A stretch of DNA of 64,000 bases from an uncultured SAR86 cluster bacterium (GTDB lineage Bacteria > Pseudomonadota > Gammaproteobacteria > Magnimaribacterales > D2472), in the NCBI GenBank assembly GCA_963926355.1, contig CAWUWW010000004.1, positions 18,965 through 82,964 of the forward strand, written 5' to 3'. The translations under genes were made by a program, and so were the position numbers. This document shows positions 37,776 through 47,951 of the stretch, in pieces; within the stretch, counting starts at the first letter, position 1, and each line of letters starts with the position of its first letter. Under the pieces are notes generated by a model. The model was given only the letters and a program-made list of their open reading frames with translations. It was not told where the DNA came from and ran no database searches.

Positions 37776-39029
37776 TTGGATAACCCATCAAATATTTTTA
37801 ATAAAACAGTAAAGTCATGGATTGCTTACGATGTTGGAAATTCAGCTTTTGCTACAACCGTAGTTGCTGGTTTTTTTCCTGTTTTTTACCTCCAATATTG
37901 GGCAGGTGATCTTGATATGGCAGAGGCAACTGTTTATAAAACATGGGCTTTAGCAATTTGCAATGCCATGGTTTTATTTACCGCTCCTATGATTGGAGCT
38001 ATTACAGATATTAATAACTCTACAAAGAAATCACTTGTACTATTCACTATTGTTGGAGCATTTTTTGTTTCTTTACTCTCAGTTCTAGATTATGGATCCT
38101 GGTTATATGCTCTAGTATTTTTTGCTATTGCCAATTATTGTTTTTCAGTTAGCCAGATTCCGTATGACAAAATATTAACTAAGATTACAACCCAAGATAA
38201 ATTATCAATAATTTCCAATCAAGGATATGCATGGGGTTATTTAGGGGGAGGCTTCCTCTTTCTTATCAATGCTTTAATGTTTTTATTTTGGGAAAAGATT
38301 GGTTTAAGCTCATCTGAAGATGCAATTAAAATTTCATTTTTAATGGTTTCAGTTTGGTGGTTTGCATTCATGCTTCCAATAAAGAAAAACTTTTCAGAAA
38401 AAATAATACCTTATAGCAAAACCTCTTTAGTAAAAGATGCATTCAAAAATATTATTAATACCATCAGATCAATATCAAAATATAAAAATGCCTCCATATT
38501 TCTATTGGCTTTTTTCTTATTTATTGATGGCGCTCATACTGTAATTTATCTGGCAGCTGATTTTGCACTTAATGTTGGCCTTAAAGCGACCGATGTTATT
38601 CCAGCATTAATATTAGTTCAATTTGTTGCATTTCCTGCAACTCTATTATGGGGAATTGTTGCAGATCGTTATGGAGATAAACCTGTTCTCTATATAACAA
38701 TTATTTCATATGTATTCATAATTGCATTTAGCACAACTCTTACATCAGCTTTTGAATTCTATATTCTTGCTGCATGGGTAGGCAGCGTGCAGGGTGGCAT
38801 TCAGGGTAGCTCAAGAGGCTTGTTTGGAAAATTAATACCCAATGACAAAGCGGGTGAGTTTTTTGGTCTATACAATGTTCTTGGGAGGGCTGGAGCTATC
38901 CTTGGTCCTCTTATGGTTGGGACCTTATTAGCTATATATGGTGATGTAAAAATTGCCCTTGTGCCAATAGCTATCCTATTTATTCTTGGTGGCTTGCTTT
39001 TAACCAGAGTTGATAATGAAACTTCTTAG
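37776..39029 (+). CDS. MFS transporter (UMF1/Atg22-like)
   Basis: N-terminal SWIAYDVGNSAF motif and about 12 TM. TTG start. Confidence 0.75.
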   Translation: MDNPSNIFNKTVKSWIAYDVGNSAFATTVVAGFFPVFYLQYWAGDLDMAEATVYKTWALAICNAMVLFTAPMIGAITDINNSTKKSLVLFTIVGAFFVSLLSVLDYGSWLYALVFFAIANYCFSVSQIPYDKILTKITTQDKLSIISNQGYAWGYLGGGFLFLINALMFLFWEKIGLSSSEDAIKISFLMVSVWWFAFMLPIKKNFSEKIIPYSKTSLVKDAFKNIINTIRSISKYKNASIFLLAFFLFIDGAHTVIYLAADFALNVGLKATDVIPALILVQFVAFPATLLWGIVADRYGDKPVLYITIISYVFIIAFSTTLTSAFEFYILAAWVGSVQGGIQGSSRGLFGKLIPNDKAGEFFGLYNVLGRAGAILGPLMVGTLLAIYGDVKIALVPIAILFILGGLLLTRVDNETS

Positions 39030-39210
39030 CAAAGAGTCAATAATTTTTTATAGTATTTTAGGTGCAATTACCGGATTTATACTAGCCCCTTTTATTAGGA
39101 GTTTGATGGACTTCTCAACCCCAGTAGAAATTATTATTACAAGTTGTTTTATTATTCCAATCTACATAATTGCGAAAAAGATTTTACTAAAATTTGTAAT
39201 TAAAAATTAA
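39010..39210 (+). CDS. small membrane protein (66 aa)
   Basis: Two TM helices. Overlaps the MFS gene end. Confidence 0.35.
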   Translation: MIMKLLSKESIIFYSILGAITGFILAPFIRSLMDFSTPVEIIITSCFIIPIYIIAKKILLKFVIKN

Positions 39211-39938
39211 CTATTAAGCGCTTCGATAAGTAGTTTTGGTTTGTCAGTGATTATCCCGTCAACATTTAAATCAATCAGCTTTTTAAATGTCTTGTTATCG
39301 TTAATGGTCCAAACTATTATTTTAAGACCCCTGCTATGAGCAAAATTCACAAACCTTTTAGTGACCAACTTAAGACCATATTGATATATAGGAATCTGAA
39401 GACAGTCGCCTTGTATGGGTTTCTTATATAAACCAAAGCTTGCGAGCAATAATCTTAAGATCTCTTTAGGACCCATTGATATACATATATTTGAATTAAT
39501 ATTTCTAATTCTTTCAAGTCTTTCACTATTAAAGCTAGCAATACAAACTCTATCTTCTGCATTAAGTTTAGTAATTATATTAAGGGCAGGTATTGCGACC
39601 TCATCTGTTTTTACATCAATCTGAAAAAAAAGATCTGGAAACTGAGTGAGGGCGTCTTCAAGCTTTGGAATTGAATGTGTGTCAAATATCTTTATGCTAT
39701 CAATATCCTGACTACTCAATGAACTAAAGATAATATCATCACCAAGAATTCTCTTTAGAGATTCATCATGAAATATATAAGGAATACCATCAGATGATAT
39801 CTGTACATCTGTTTCAATGTACTTACAGCCAATAGATTTTGAGTATTCAAATGAGTGAAGGGTGTTCTCATAAGACTCAATAGAGCCACCTCTATGGGCA
39901 AGAACAGCTAGTCCTGAATAATCTAGATATCTTTTCAT
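39207..39938 (-). CDS. glycerophosphodiester phosphodiesterase
   Basis: Motifs AHRGGS..ENTL.SF, IETDVQ and VWTIND. Confidence 0.8.
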   Translation of the reverse strand: MKRYLDYSGLAVLAHRGGSIESYENTLHSFEYSKSIGCKYIETDVQISSDGIPYIFHDESLKRILGDDIIFSSLSSQDIDSIKIFDTHSIPKLEDALTQFPDLFFQIDVKTDEVAIPALNIITKLNAEDRVCIASFNSERLERIRNINSNICISMGPKEILRLLLASFGLYKKPIQGDCLQIPIYQYGLKLVTKRFVNFAHSRGLKIIVWTINDNKTFKKLIDLNVDGIITDKPKLLIEALNS

Positions 39939-40002
39939 GTGTCGTTATTGTATACATTATTGAGGTAAAATAAATATACGTTAATTTCATATTTATAATT
40001 TT

Positions 40003-41112
40003 GTGAGCAAGTTTGATTCCATAAGACCTTACTATGATAATGAGGTAAATGATGTTTTAAAAAGTTTGGCAGTAGATCCAAATGTTATAAATGCTGTTCT
40101 ATCTTTTGGTGGGTATCAGGTTATAAAAAAACTCCCATTTGCATCAAGTATGATCTCCTTTTTATTAAAAAATAAAATTAAAAATATTAATTCAATTAAA
40201 TCTTACCAAGATTTTTTTAAAGTTTTGGTCTCAGGAGTTATAGAAAAATCTATAAATAATTTTTCAGTTAGCGGACTTGATAATATAAAAGCTGACTCAT
40301 CATATCTTTTTATATCAAATCATAGAGACATCACCTTAGATTCTGCATTATTAAATTTTTCACTCCATGAAAATGGTTTTAAAACTACAAATAATGCAGT
40401 CGGTAATAATTTAATGAATGAAAGGTGGGCCTCAGACCTCATGAGGCTGAATAAGAGCTTTATTATTGATAGAAGTGATAAGTCAAAAAAGGATATATAC
40501 AAGAGTCTTCATCTTGCTTCAGAGTTTATTCATAACTCTTTGATCGAAAAGAATAATTCAATCTGGATTGCTCAAAAACAAGGAAGATCAAAAGATGGTA
40601 TAGATTACACAGATCCTTCTGTGTTAAAAATGATCCATTTAAATGGTCGAAAAGAAACAACGGAATCTGATTATTTCAATTTATTATCCATAGTTCCAGT
40701 ATCTATATCTTATGAAAAAGACCCAAATGATCTTTTAAAGGCCAATGAGTTATATTCACTATCTTGCAATAATGAGTATGTAAAAGATGAGAAGGAGGAT
40801 TTAAAAAGTATAGCTGATGGAATAATAGGTCAAAAAGGTAACGTTCATCTTTCAGTAGGGCAGCCTCTACAATTTAATAATTGTAATTATGATGAAATTT
40901 CTACCATTATCACCTCTGAGATAAAGTCGTTATATAAACTGCATTCAACAAATATTGCATCATGCCGTATTCAAGGGATAATAAGCCCAGATAATAATTT
41001 TACAGAAGAGGAAATTAATAATTCTGTTAGATATCTAAAAGACCGAATGCATGCCATGAAAGATGACATGCAGCCTTTTTTCTTAACTCAATATAGTAAC
41101 CCAACCTTATAA
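40003..41112 (+). CDS. phospholipid/glycerol acyltransferase-family protein (PlsC-like)
   Basis: Acyltransferase block FISNHRDITLDSA and IAQKQGRSKDG. GTG start. Confidence 0.6.
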   Translation: MSKFDSIRPYYDNEVNDVLKSLAVDPNVINAVLSFGGYQVIKKLPFASSMISFLLKNKIKNINSIKSYQDFFKVLVSGVIEKSINNFSVSGLDNIKADSSYLFISNHRDITLDSALLNFSLHENGFKTTNNAVGNNLMNERWASDLMRLNKSFIIDRSDKSKKDIYKSLHLASEFIHNSLIEKNNSIWIAQKQGRSKDGIDYTDPSVLKMIHLNGRKETTESDYFNLLSIVPVSISYEKDPNDLLKANELYSLSCNNEYVKDEKEDLKSIADGIIGQKGNVHLSVGQPLQFNNCNYDEISTIITSEIKSLYKLHSTNIASCRIQGIISPDNNFTEEEINNSVRYLKDRMHAMKDDMQPFFLTQYSNPTL

Positions 41113-42390
41113 GTTATAGCCTTGCTCGTTATGCTCTCTAATATCTAGACCTTCCTCTTCGTCTTCAGAAGAAACTCTTATGTCTATAAAAATATTAATA
41201 GCTTTAAGAATTAAATAAGTAGTTATAGCAGTCCATGCGCATATAATTAAAACACCTTCTAATTGAATCATTAATTGTGCTATAGCTCCATCTTCTGATA
41301 TTCCTGCAGCCCCAGATCCTAGGAAGCCCTCAGGATTTCCTACAAAACATAACATAATAATTCCTAATATTCCGCCAACACCGTGTACAGGAAATACATC
41401 AAGCGAGTCATCAATTTTAAAATACGACTTTACCAATTGGGTTGCGTAAAAGCAGACTATTCCAGCCATAAACCCTATTAATAATGCCCCAGCAGGTCCA
41501 ACAGTTCCTGATGCTGGCGTAATAGTTGCTAATCCAGCAACCATTCCTGTTGCTATTCCTATTATTGTAGCTTTGCCTGATTTGACCCACTCAATTGCCA
41601 TCCATGTTATTGCCCCAGTAGCAGCACTTATGTGAGTAACTAGCATTGCCATTCCGGCTGACCCATCAGCAGCAACTGCACTTCCAGCGTTGAAACCAAA
41701 CCAACCAACCCAAAGCATAGACGCTCCGATCATAACCATTGTTCTGTTATGAGGTGGCATTGGTGTTTGCATAAAGCCTTTTCTTTGACCTAGATATAGC
41801 GCGGCAATAAGAGCTCCAATTCCACATGTTGCGTGAACTACAAGGCCGCCAGCAAAATCTATGACACCTATATTTGCAAGATATCCACCACCCCAAACCA
41901 TATGACATGCAGGCAGATAAACAAAGGTAAACCAAAGTACTGAGAATAAACACATTGACCCAAATTTCATTCTTTCTGCAAATGCCCCTACAACAAGAGC
42001 AGGGGTGATAATAGCAAAAGTCATTTGGAATGTTATGAATACAGTTTCAGGAAGTGTTCCGCTTATTGAGTCTCTCTCAACACCGTTTAAGAATAGTGCG
42101 CTAAAGTCTCCTATTATTAACCCGTCTCCCTTGAAAGCTAAACTATAACCATAAACAACCCAACAGACTGATATTAAGCATGCTATTGCAAAGCATTGCA
42201 TAAGAACAGATAAGACATTTTTAGATCTTACAAGTCCTCCATAGAACAAAGCTAAACCAGGAAGCGTCATGAATAATACTAGTGCGGTTGATGTGAGTAT
42301 CCATGCAGTATCACCTGAATTCAATTCTTCCCCATAGCCTAAAGGCGCTATAAGTAGACATAAAAATAAAATTAATCCTTTTTTAAACAT
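41107..42390 (-). CDS. amtB: ammonium transporter (Amt family, with signal peptide)
   Basis: Start moved to MFKKGLILFL (AGGGGA RBS). Motifs DFAGGLVVH, GWFGFNAGS and VHGVGGILG. Confidence 0.9.
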   Translation of the reverse strand: MFKKGLILFLCLLIAPLGYGEELNSGDTAWILTSTALVLFMTLPGLALFYGGLVRSKNVLSVLMQCFAIACLISVCWVVYGYSLAFKGDGLIIGDFSALFLNGVERDSISGTLPETVFITFQMTFAIITPALVVGAFAERMKFGSMCLFSVLWFTFVYLPACHMVWGGGYLANIGVIDFAGGLVVHATCGIGALIAALYLGQRKGFMQTPMPPHNRTMVMIGASMLWVGWFGFNAGSAVAADGSAGMAMLVTHISAATGAITWMAIEWVKSGKATIIGIATGMVAGLATITPASGTVGPAGALLIGFMAGIVCFYATQLVKSYFKIDDSLDVFPVHGVGGILGIIMLCFVGNPEGFLGSGAAGISEDGAIAQLMIQLEGVLIICAWTAITTYLILKAINIFIDIRVSSEDEEEGLDIREHNEQGYNL

Positions 42391-42428
42391 GGTATCCCCT
42401 AAAAAAATATGTATATTTACTATATACA

Positions 42429-42444
42429 TGCAATATAGATGCCA
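42429..42444 (-). promoter_or_regulatory. sigma-54 (-24/-12) promoter
   Basis: The minus strand reads TGGCATCTATATTGCA, with GG-N10-GC spacing identical to the TGGCAC-N5-TTGCA consensus. Lies about 39 nt upstream of the amt ATG. Confidence 0.65.
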
Positions 42445-42492
42445 ATAAAAAAGCTACATTAATAGTAGTTTAAAGTTTGTTTGAGATAAAAG

Positions 42493-42509
42493 CGCACTGT
42501 GAATGTGCA
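42493..42509. promoter_or_regulatory. NtrC-like enhancer site
   Basis: The minus strand reads TGCACATTCACAGTGCG. This fits TGCAC-N7-GTGCA (9/10) and lies about 50 bp upstream of the sigma-54 element. Confidence 0.45.
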
Positions 42510-42510
42510 T

Positions 42511-42550
42511 AAAAGAAAAGAGAGCTGTTATTTAGAATAACAACTCTCTT
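42511..42550 (-). terminator. rho-independent terminator after the porin-glnK-amt operon
   Basis: AAGAGAG-C-TGTTAT, loop, ATAACA-A-CTCTCTT. On the minus strand it is followed by TTTTCTTTT. Confidence 0.65.
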
Positions 42551-42598
42551 TAATGGTTTATAGATTAGGAAATATAGGGGGGAACCTAACCAATAAAT

Positions 42599-43837
42599 TT
42601 ATTTAAATTCTGGATAAGCTTCGACGCCTATTTCAGAAATATCTAATCCAATATCTTGCTCTTCATCTGTTGCTCTTATTGGAGAGACTCTATTGATTAC
42701 AATAATCGTCACTAAACTAGCAATAAATGTAAATCCAGCAATAGCAATAACACCAATTAACTGCCACATGAATGAAGCATCAGCATTAGTTAATGGAACG
42801 ACCATTACACCTAAAATACCAACGATTCCATGAGCAGAAATAGCACCAACTGGATCATCTAGCTTAAGAGTTCTATCAAAGAATAAGATAGAGAAATAAA
42901 CTAAAGCACCACCAGCCATACCAATTAGCACTGCGGCTCCAGCACTTGGAGCACTAGGTCCAGCTGTAATTGCTACTAAACCAGCTATAGCACCATTCAT
43001 AGCCATTGTTACGTCCATCTTTCCAGTCTTGATTAGACTTAAGATTAACGCAGCAACAACACCGCCTGAAGCAGCCATATTAGTATTTAGGAATACCTGA
43101 CTCACAGCAATTGCTGATGCTTCATTGCTAATAATTAGCTCAGAACCACCATTAAAACCAAACCAGCCTAACCAAAGAATCCATACACCTAAAGCGGCCA
43201 TTGGGATGTTTGATCCAGGCATAGGTACTGATATACCGTTAGCAGTGTATTTACCTTTTCTAGGTCCAAGAACTAGAACAACTGCTAGGGCAGCAGCTGC
43301 ACCACATAGATGAACTGTTCCTGATCCAGCATAGTCAGAGTAACCACCTGAACTTAACCATCCACCGCCCCAATTCCAATATCCTTGGATAGGGTAGATA
43401 ACAGCTGTTAAAACAACTGCGAATGCAAAGAATGGTAATAATTTCATTCTTCCAGCTACTGCTCCTGAAACTATAGACATTGCTGTAGCTACAAAAACAA
43501 CTTGGAAAAAGAAATCAGCCTGTTGTGAGTAATCCATTCCATAAGCCATTCCAATTTCATCTAATGGTAACGCTGTAGAAAGTCCAACTGAAGTTCCAAA
43601 GGCCGGCAAAATACCGTCAATGATAGTTCCAGCAGGGTACATAACAACAAAGCCACATACCAAATACATGATACATGCAATTGAATATAGCCCTAAGTTC
43701 TTAGTAACAATCTCAGAGACATCCTTTTTTTGAACAAGTCCTGCTTCAAGCATGGTAAATCCAGCTGCCATAAACATTACTAGCGCGCCAGACATTACTG
43801 CGTAAAAAGTATCTAATGCAAAATTAGTTTCTTCCAT
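42599..43837 (-). CDS. amt: ammonium transporter (Amt family)
   Basis: Motifs YAGSGTVHL, GWFGFNGGS and AHGIVGILG. Immediately downstream of glnK. Confidence 0.9.
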   Translation of the reverse strand: MEETNFALDTFYAVMSGALVMFMAAGFTMLEAGLVQKKDVSEIVTKNLGLYSIACIMYLVCGFVVMYPAGTIIDGILPAFGTSVGLSTALPLDEIGMAYGMDYSQQADFFFQVVFVATAMSIVSGAVAGRMKLLPFFAFAVVLTAVIYPIQGYWNWGGGWLSSGGYSDYAGSGTVHLCGAAAALAVVLVLGPRKGKYTANGISVPMPGSNIPMAALGVWILWLGWFGFNGGSELIISNEASAIAVSQVFLNTNMAASGGVVAALILSLIKTGKMDVTMAMNGAIAGLVAITAGPSAPSAGAAVLIGMAGGALVYFSILFFDRTLKLDDPVGAISAHGIVGILGVMVVPLTNADASFMWQLIGVIAIAGFTFIASLVTIIVINRVSPIRATDEEQDIGLDISEIGVEAYPEFK

Positions 43838-43849
43838 TTTTTATTCTCC

Positions 43850-44194
<345 letters not shown>

Positions 44195-44207
44195 TTAACA
44201 GTGACCT

Positions 44208-44801
44208 TTATAGACTTGCTGATATTGAGAATACAAGTGCATCTTCATCTGCACCATATCCACCATCAGAAAAGTCTGAATAAGATAAACCACAGTCAAA
44301 TGAACCACATGTAAATCCATAAGAAATACCGAAGTTATCGCCATAATTATCATATTCACCGTATGAAACACCAATAGCTCCAAAAGCATATGAGATTTCT
44401 GTATAGTCAGGAGCAGAATCTTGACCTAAAGCAAATGTTAGACCTAAGTCTGCATAACTTAAAGCAACTACCACTTCTTCAAAATCTAGACCTGTTGCAT
44501 TTTCAGGATAGTCAAAAGCTACATACCCTAAATCCACACCAATTCCACCAACTTCAAAACCATAACCAAAATAGTAATCTAACTCACTACCTGCTCCGTC
44601 ATTAAAGTTCACATTTGAACCCCAAATCCCAGCATAAAATCCGCTCTCATCTTCATAATCAAAACCACCTGACATTGCAGGTCCATCAGTTTGAGTCATT
44701 CCTCTCCATATGTAGTCAGAAGCGAAACTTACGTTTGCACTTACACCAGCGAACGAAGGCAGTGAAATTAAAACACCCAACATTAAAAATAACTTTTTCA
44801 T
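44208..44801 (-). CDS. small outer-membrane beta-barrel, TorF / Gcw_chp (TIGR02001)-like putative porin
   Basis: Signal peptide. N-terminal signature ANVSFASDYIWRGMTQTDGPAMSGGFDYEDESGFYAGIWGSNVNF. Confidence 0.7.
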   Translation of the reverse strand: MKKLFLMLGVLISLPSFAGVSANVSFASDYIWRGMTQTDGPAMSGGFDYEDESGFYAGIWGSNVNFNDGAGSELDYYFGYGFEVGGIGVDLGYVAFDYPENATGLDFEEVVVALSYADLGLTFALGQDSAPDYTEISYAFGAIGVSYGEYDNYGDNFGISYGFTCGSFDCGLSYSDFSDGGYGADEDALVFSISASL

Positions 44802-44849
44802 TTTTTCTCCTTTTATTTATAAAAATAGATTAAGTTCACTTATACATAA

Positions 44850-44865
44850 TGCAATTGTCGTGCCA
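44850..44865 (-). promoter_or_regulatory. sigma-54 (-24/-12) promoter
   Basis: The minus strand reads TGGCACGACAATTGCA, a perfect match to TGGCACG-N4-TTGCA. Lies about 49 nt upstream of the porin ATG. Confidence 0.7.
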
Positions 44866-44936
44866 ATTATGATTTTTATGATTATCTATATATATAGATA
44901 TATAATTTAAGAAATTAAATTTATGGAATTCTAATA

Positions 44937-45707
44937 ATGGACTTAAATAATAATGTTGCTTTGGTTACCGGTGGTGCCTCTGGATTGGGAAGGGGTGCTG
45001 TTGAACATTTTGTTAAGAATGGAGCTAAGGTTGCCATATTGGATATCAACGACGATAAGGCTAAAGAGGTTGTTGACCTTTTAGGTGAAGAAAATGTTTC
45101 CTACTTCAATACAAATGTCATGGAAGAAGAATCTGTTCAAAATGCAATAACAGGAATAAAAGAAACTTTTGGAAAACTTAACTTTGTTGTTAATTGTGCA
45201 GGCACTGGTTATGGAGCTAGAATTTTAGGAAGAAAAGGACCCCATCCATTAGATATATTTAAATTTATAATTGATTTAAATCTTGTTGGTACTTTTAATG
45301 TAATGCGATTAGGGGCTGAATTGATTGATAAAAATGAACCTGATGAAAAGGACGAAAGAGGCGTAATTATAAATACTGCTTCAATTGCTGGTTATGAAGG
45401 TCAGATTGGTCAAGCAGCTTATAGCGCATCAAAGGCTGGTGTTATTGGGTTAACCTTAACAGCTGCAAGAGATCTTGCTAGACATAACATTAGAGTATGT
45501 ACAATTGCTCCAGGAATATTCGATACCCCTTTAATGAGCCTTGCTGCAGATGAAAGTAAAGAGACGCTTCTAGAGGCTACTCAGTTCCCTCACAGATTTG
45601 GGAACGTTAAGGAGTTTGCTCAACTGGCTGAACATATTATTAATAATACTTATCTTAATGGAGAAACTATTAGATTAGATTCAGCGATGAGAATGGGAGC
45701 CAAGTAA
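44937..45707 (+). CDS. short-chain dehydrogenase, 3-hydroxyacyl-CoA dehydrogenase type-2-like
   Basis: Motifs TGGASGLG and YSASKAG, with overall HSD10-like collinearity. Confidence 0.8.
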   Translation: MDLNNNVALVTGGASGLGRGAVEHFVKNGAKVAILDINDDKAKEVVDLLGEENVSYFNTNVMEEESVQNAITGIKETFGKLNFVVNCAGTGYGARILGRKGPHPLDIFKFIIDLNLVGTFNVMRLGAELIDKNEPDEKDERGVIINTASIAGYEGQIGQAAYSASKAGVIGLTLTAARDLARHNIRVCTIAPGIFDTPLMSLAADESKETLLEATQFPHRFGNVKEFAQLAEHIINNTYLNGETIRLDSAMRMGAK

Positions 45708-45716
45708 CTATAAGTT

Positions 45717-45851
45717 TTACTGAATAGATGCCCAGTAAGTCATGGCAATAACGCCAATAACTATTAGGATTAATATTACGTTTGCATCTGATTTGCTATC
45801 TTGATTAGCTTCCTCAGATTCATAGTATTTTTTAGATTCATCATCATTCAT
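45717..45851 (-). CDS. possible small membrane protein (44 aa); not in ORF track
   Basis: MNDDESKKYYESEEANQDSKSDANVILILIVIGVIAMTYWASIQ. Its ATG is 2 nt after the upstream stop, with GGAG 9 nt upstream. Confidence 0.3.
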   Translation of the reverse strand: MNDDESKKYYESEEANQDSKSDANVILILIVIGVIAMTYWASIQ

Positions 45852-45853
45852 AA

Positions 45854-46837
45854 TTAAACTCCGTGTTTTATGACAACTCTTCCAATTTGCTGTCCGTTAA
45901 GTATTTTATCAATCTCTTTATCAATATCTTCTAAAGAAATTAGCTTTGAGTATTTTTCTAAATTAAGCAACCAATCATTTGCTAGAAGATTCCATAGCTC
46001 TTTCTTAAATTCTAATGGAGATTCAGCTGAGTCAATTCCTATTAATGAAACTCCTCTCAATATAAAAGGGAAAACAGATGAGGTAAATTTCATACCAGCA
46101 ACATTACCACAACAAGAAACCGCACCTTCGTTTGCAATCATTGATAGCATTTTTGACAATATATCACCGCCAACTGTATCAACCCCGCCTCCATAAGCAG
46201 CTTTATCAAGTGCTTTTACAGGATCAGCCATGAACTCTTTTCTATCTATAATTTGAGTGGCCCCCATATTTTTTAAGATTTTATCCTGTTCTGGCTTTCC
46301 AGTTATGGCATGAACTTCGTATCCAAGGTTTGATAGTAGATTCACAGCAACAGACCCAACTCCACCCGAAGCACCTGATACAAGAACAGGAAGTTGTTTT
46401 GAAATCCCTGAATCTATAATTTTCTTTACAGATGCAGCTGCAGTTATTCCAGCCGTCCCTATATTCATAGCTTCATTAAGTGAAAGACCATCTGGAAGTT
46501 TTACAACCCAATTAGAGTTGAGGTGAACTATCTCTCCAAAGCCTCCAAATTCAGCCATTCCTATCTTATAACCAGTAGCAACTACCAAATCCCCTTTAGA
46601 AAAATTATTATCTGTTGATTCTAGTATCTCTCCAGCCACATCAATTCCTGGAACAAATGGGTATGATCTAACGACCCCTTTAACTCCAGTCGCTGCCAAT
46701 GCATCTTTATAGTTAAGTGACGAGTAGTGAACTTTAATAATAACTTTACCTTCTTCAATTTCAGGCTTATCTAACTCTTTGACTGAGCCTTTAAATACTC
46801 CATCACTTTCTTCTACTAAATAAGCTTTATATTTCAT
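45854..46837 (-). CDS. YhdH/AcuI-type MDR oxidoreductase (acryloyl-CoA reductase / quinone oxidoreductase)
   Basis: Collinear with E. coli YhdH (VHYSSLNYKDALA, PFVPGIDVAG, SGASGGVGS). Confidence 0.8.
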   Translation of the reverse strand: MKYKAYLVEESDGVFKGSVKELDKPEIEEGKVIIKVHYSSLNYKDALAATGVKGVVRSYPFVPGIDVAGEILESTDNNFSKGDLVVATGYKIGMAEFGGFGEIVHLNSNWVVKLPDGLSLNEAMNIGTAGITAAASVKKIIDSGISKQLPVLVSGASGGVGSVAVNLLSNLGYEVHAITGKPEQDKILKNMGATQIIDRKEFMADPVKALDKAAYGGGVDTVGGDILSKMLSMIANEGAVSCCGNVAGMKFTSSVFPFILRGVSLIGIDSAESPLEFKKELWNLLANDWLLNLEKYSKLISLEDIDKEIDKILNGQQIGRVVIKHGV

Positions 46838-46864
46838 TATTTTATCTCTTAATTATTACTATTT

Positions 46865-47842
<978 letters not shown>

Positions 47843-47951
47843 TCAACTTATAATTCACCATAAATGTTATTTATTTTAATCTTATGATCACAGTATTAGT
47901 GACATTGTTAATTAATTATTTAATATTTTATATATATAGTAAAATTTAGCT

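Noticed and set aside
39939-40002. TGTCGT/TGTATA repeats in the GDPD/acyltransferase spacer, considered as a Pho box.
   Set aside because: Spacing is 9 bp rather than 11 bp, and the half-sites are weak.
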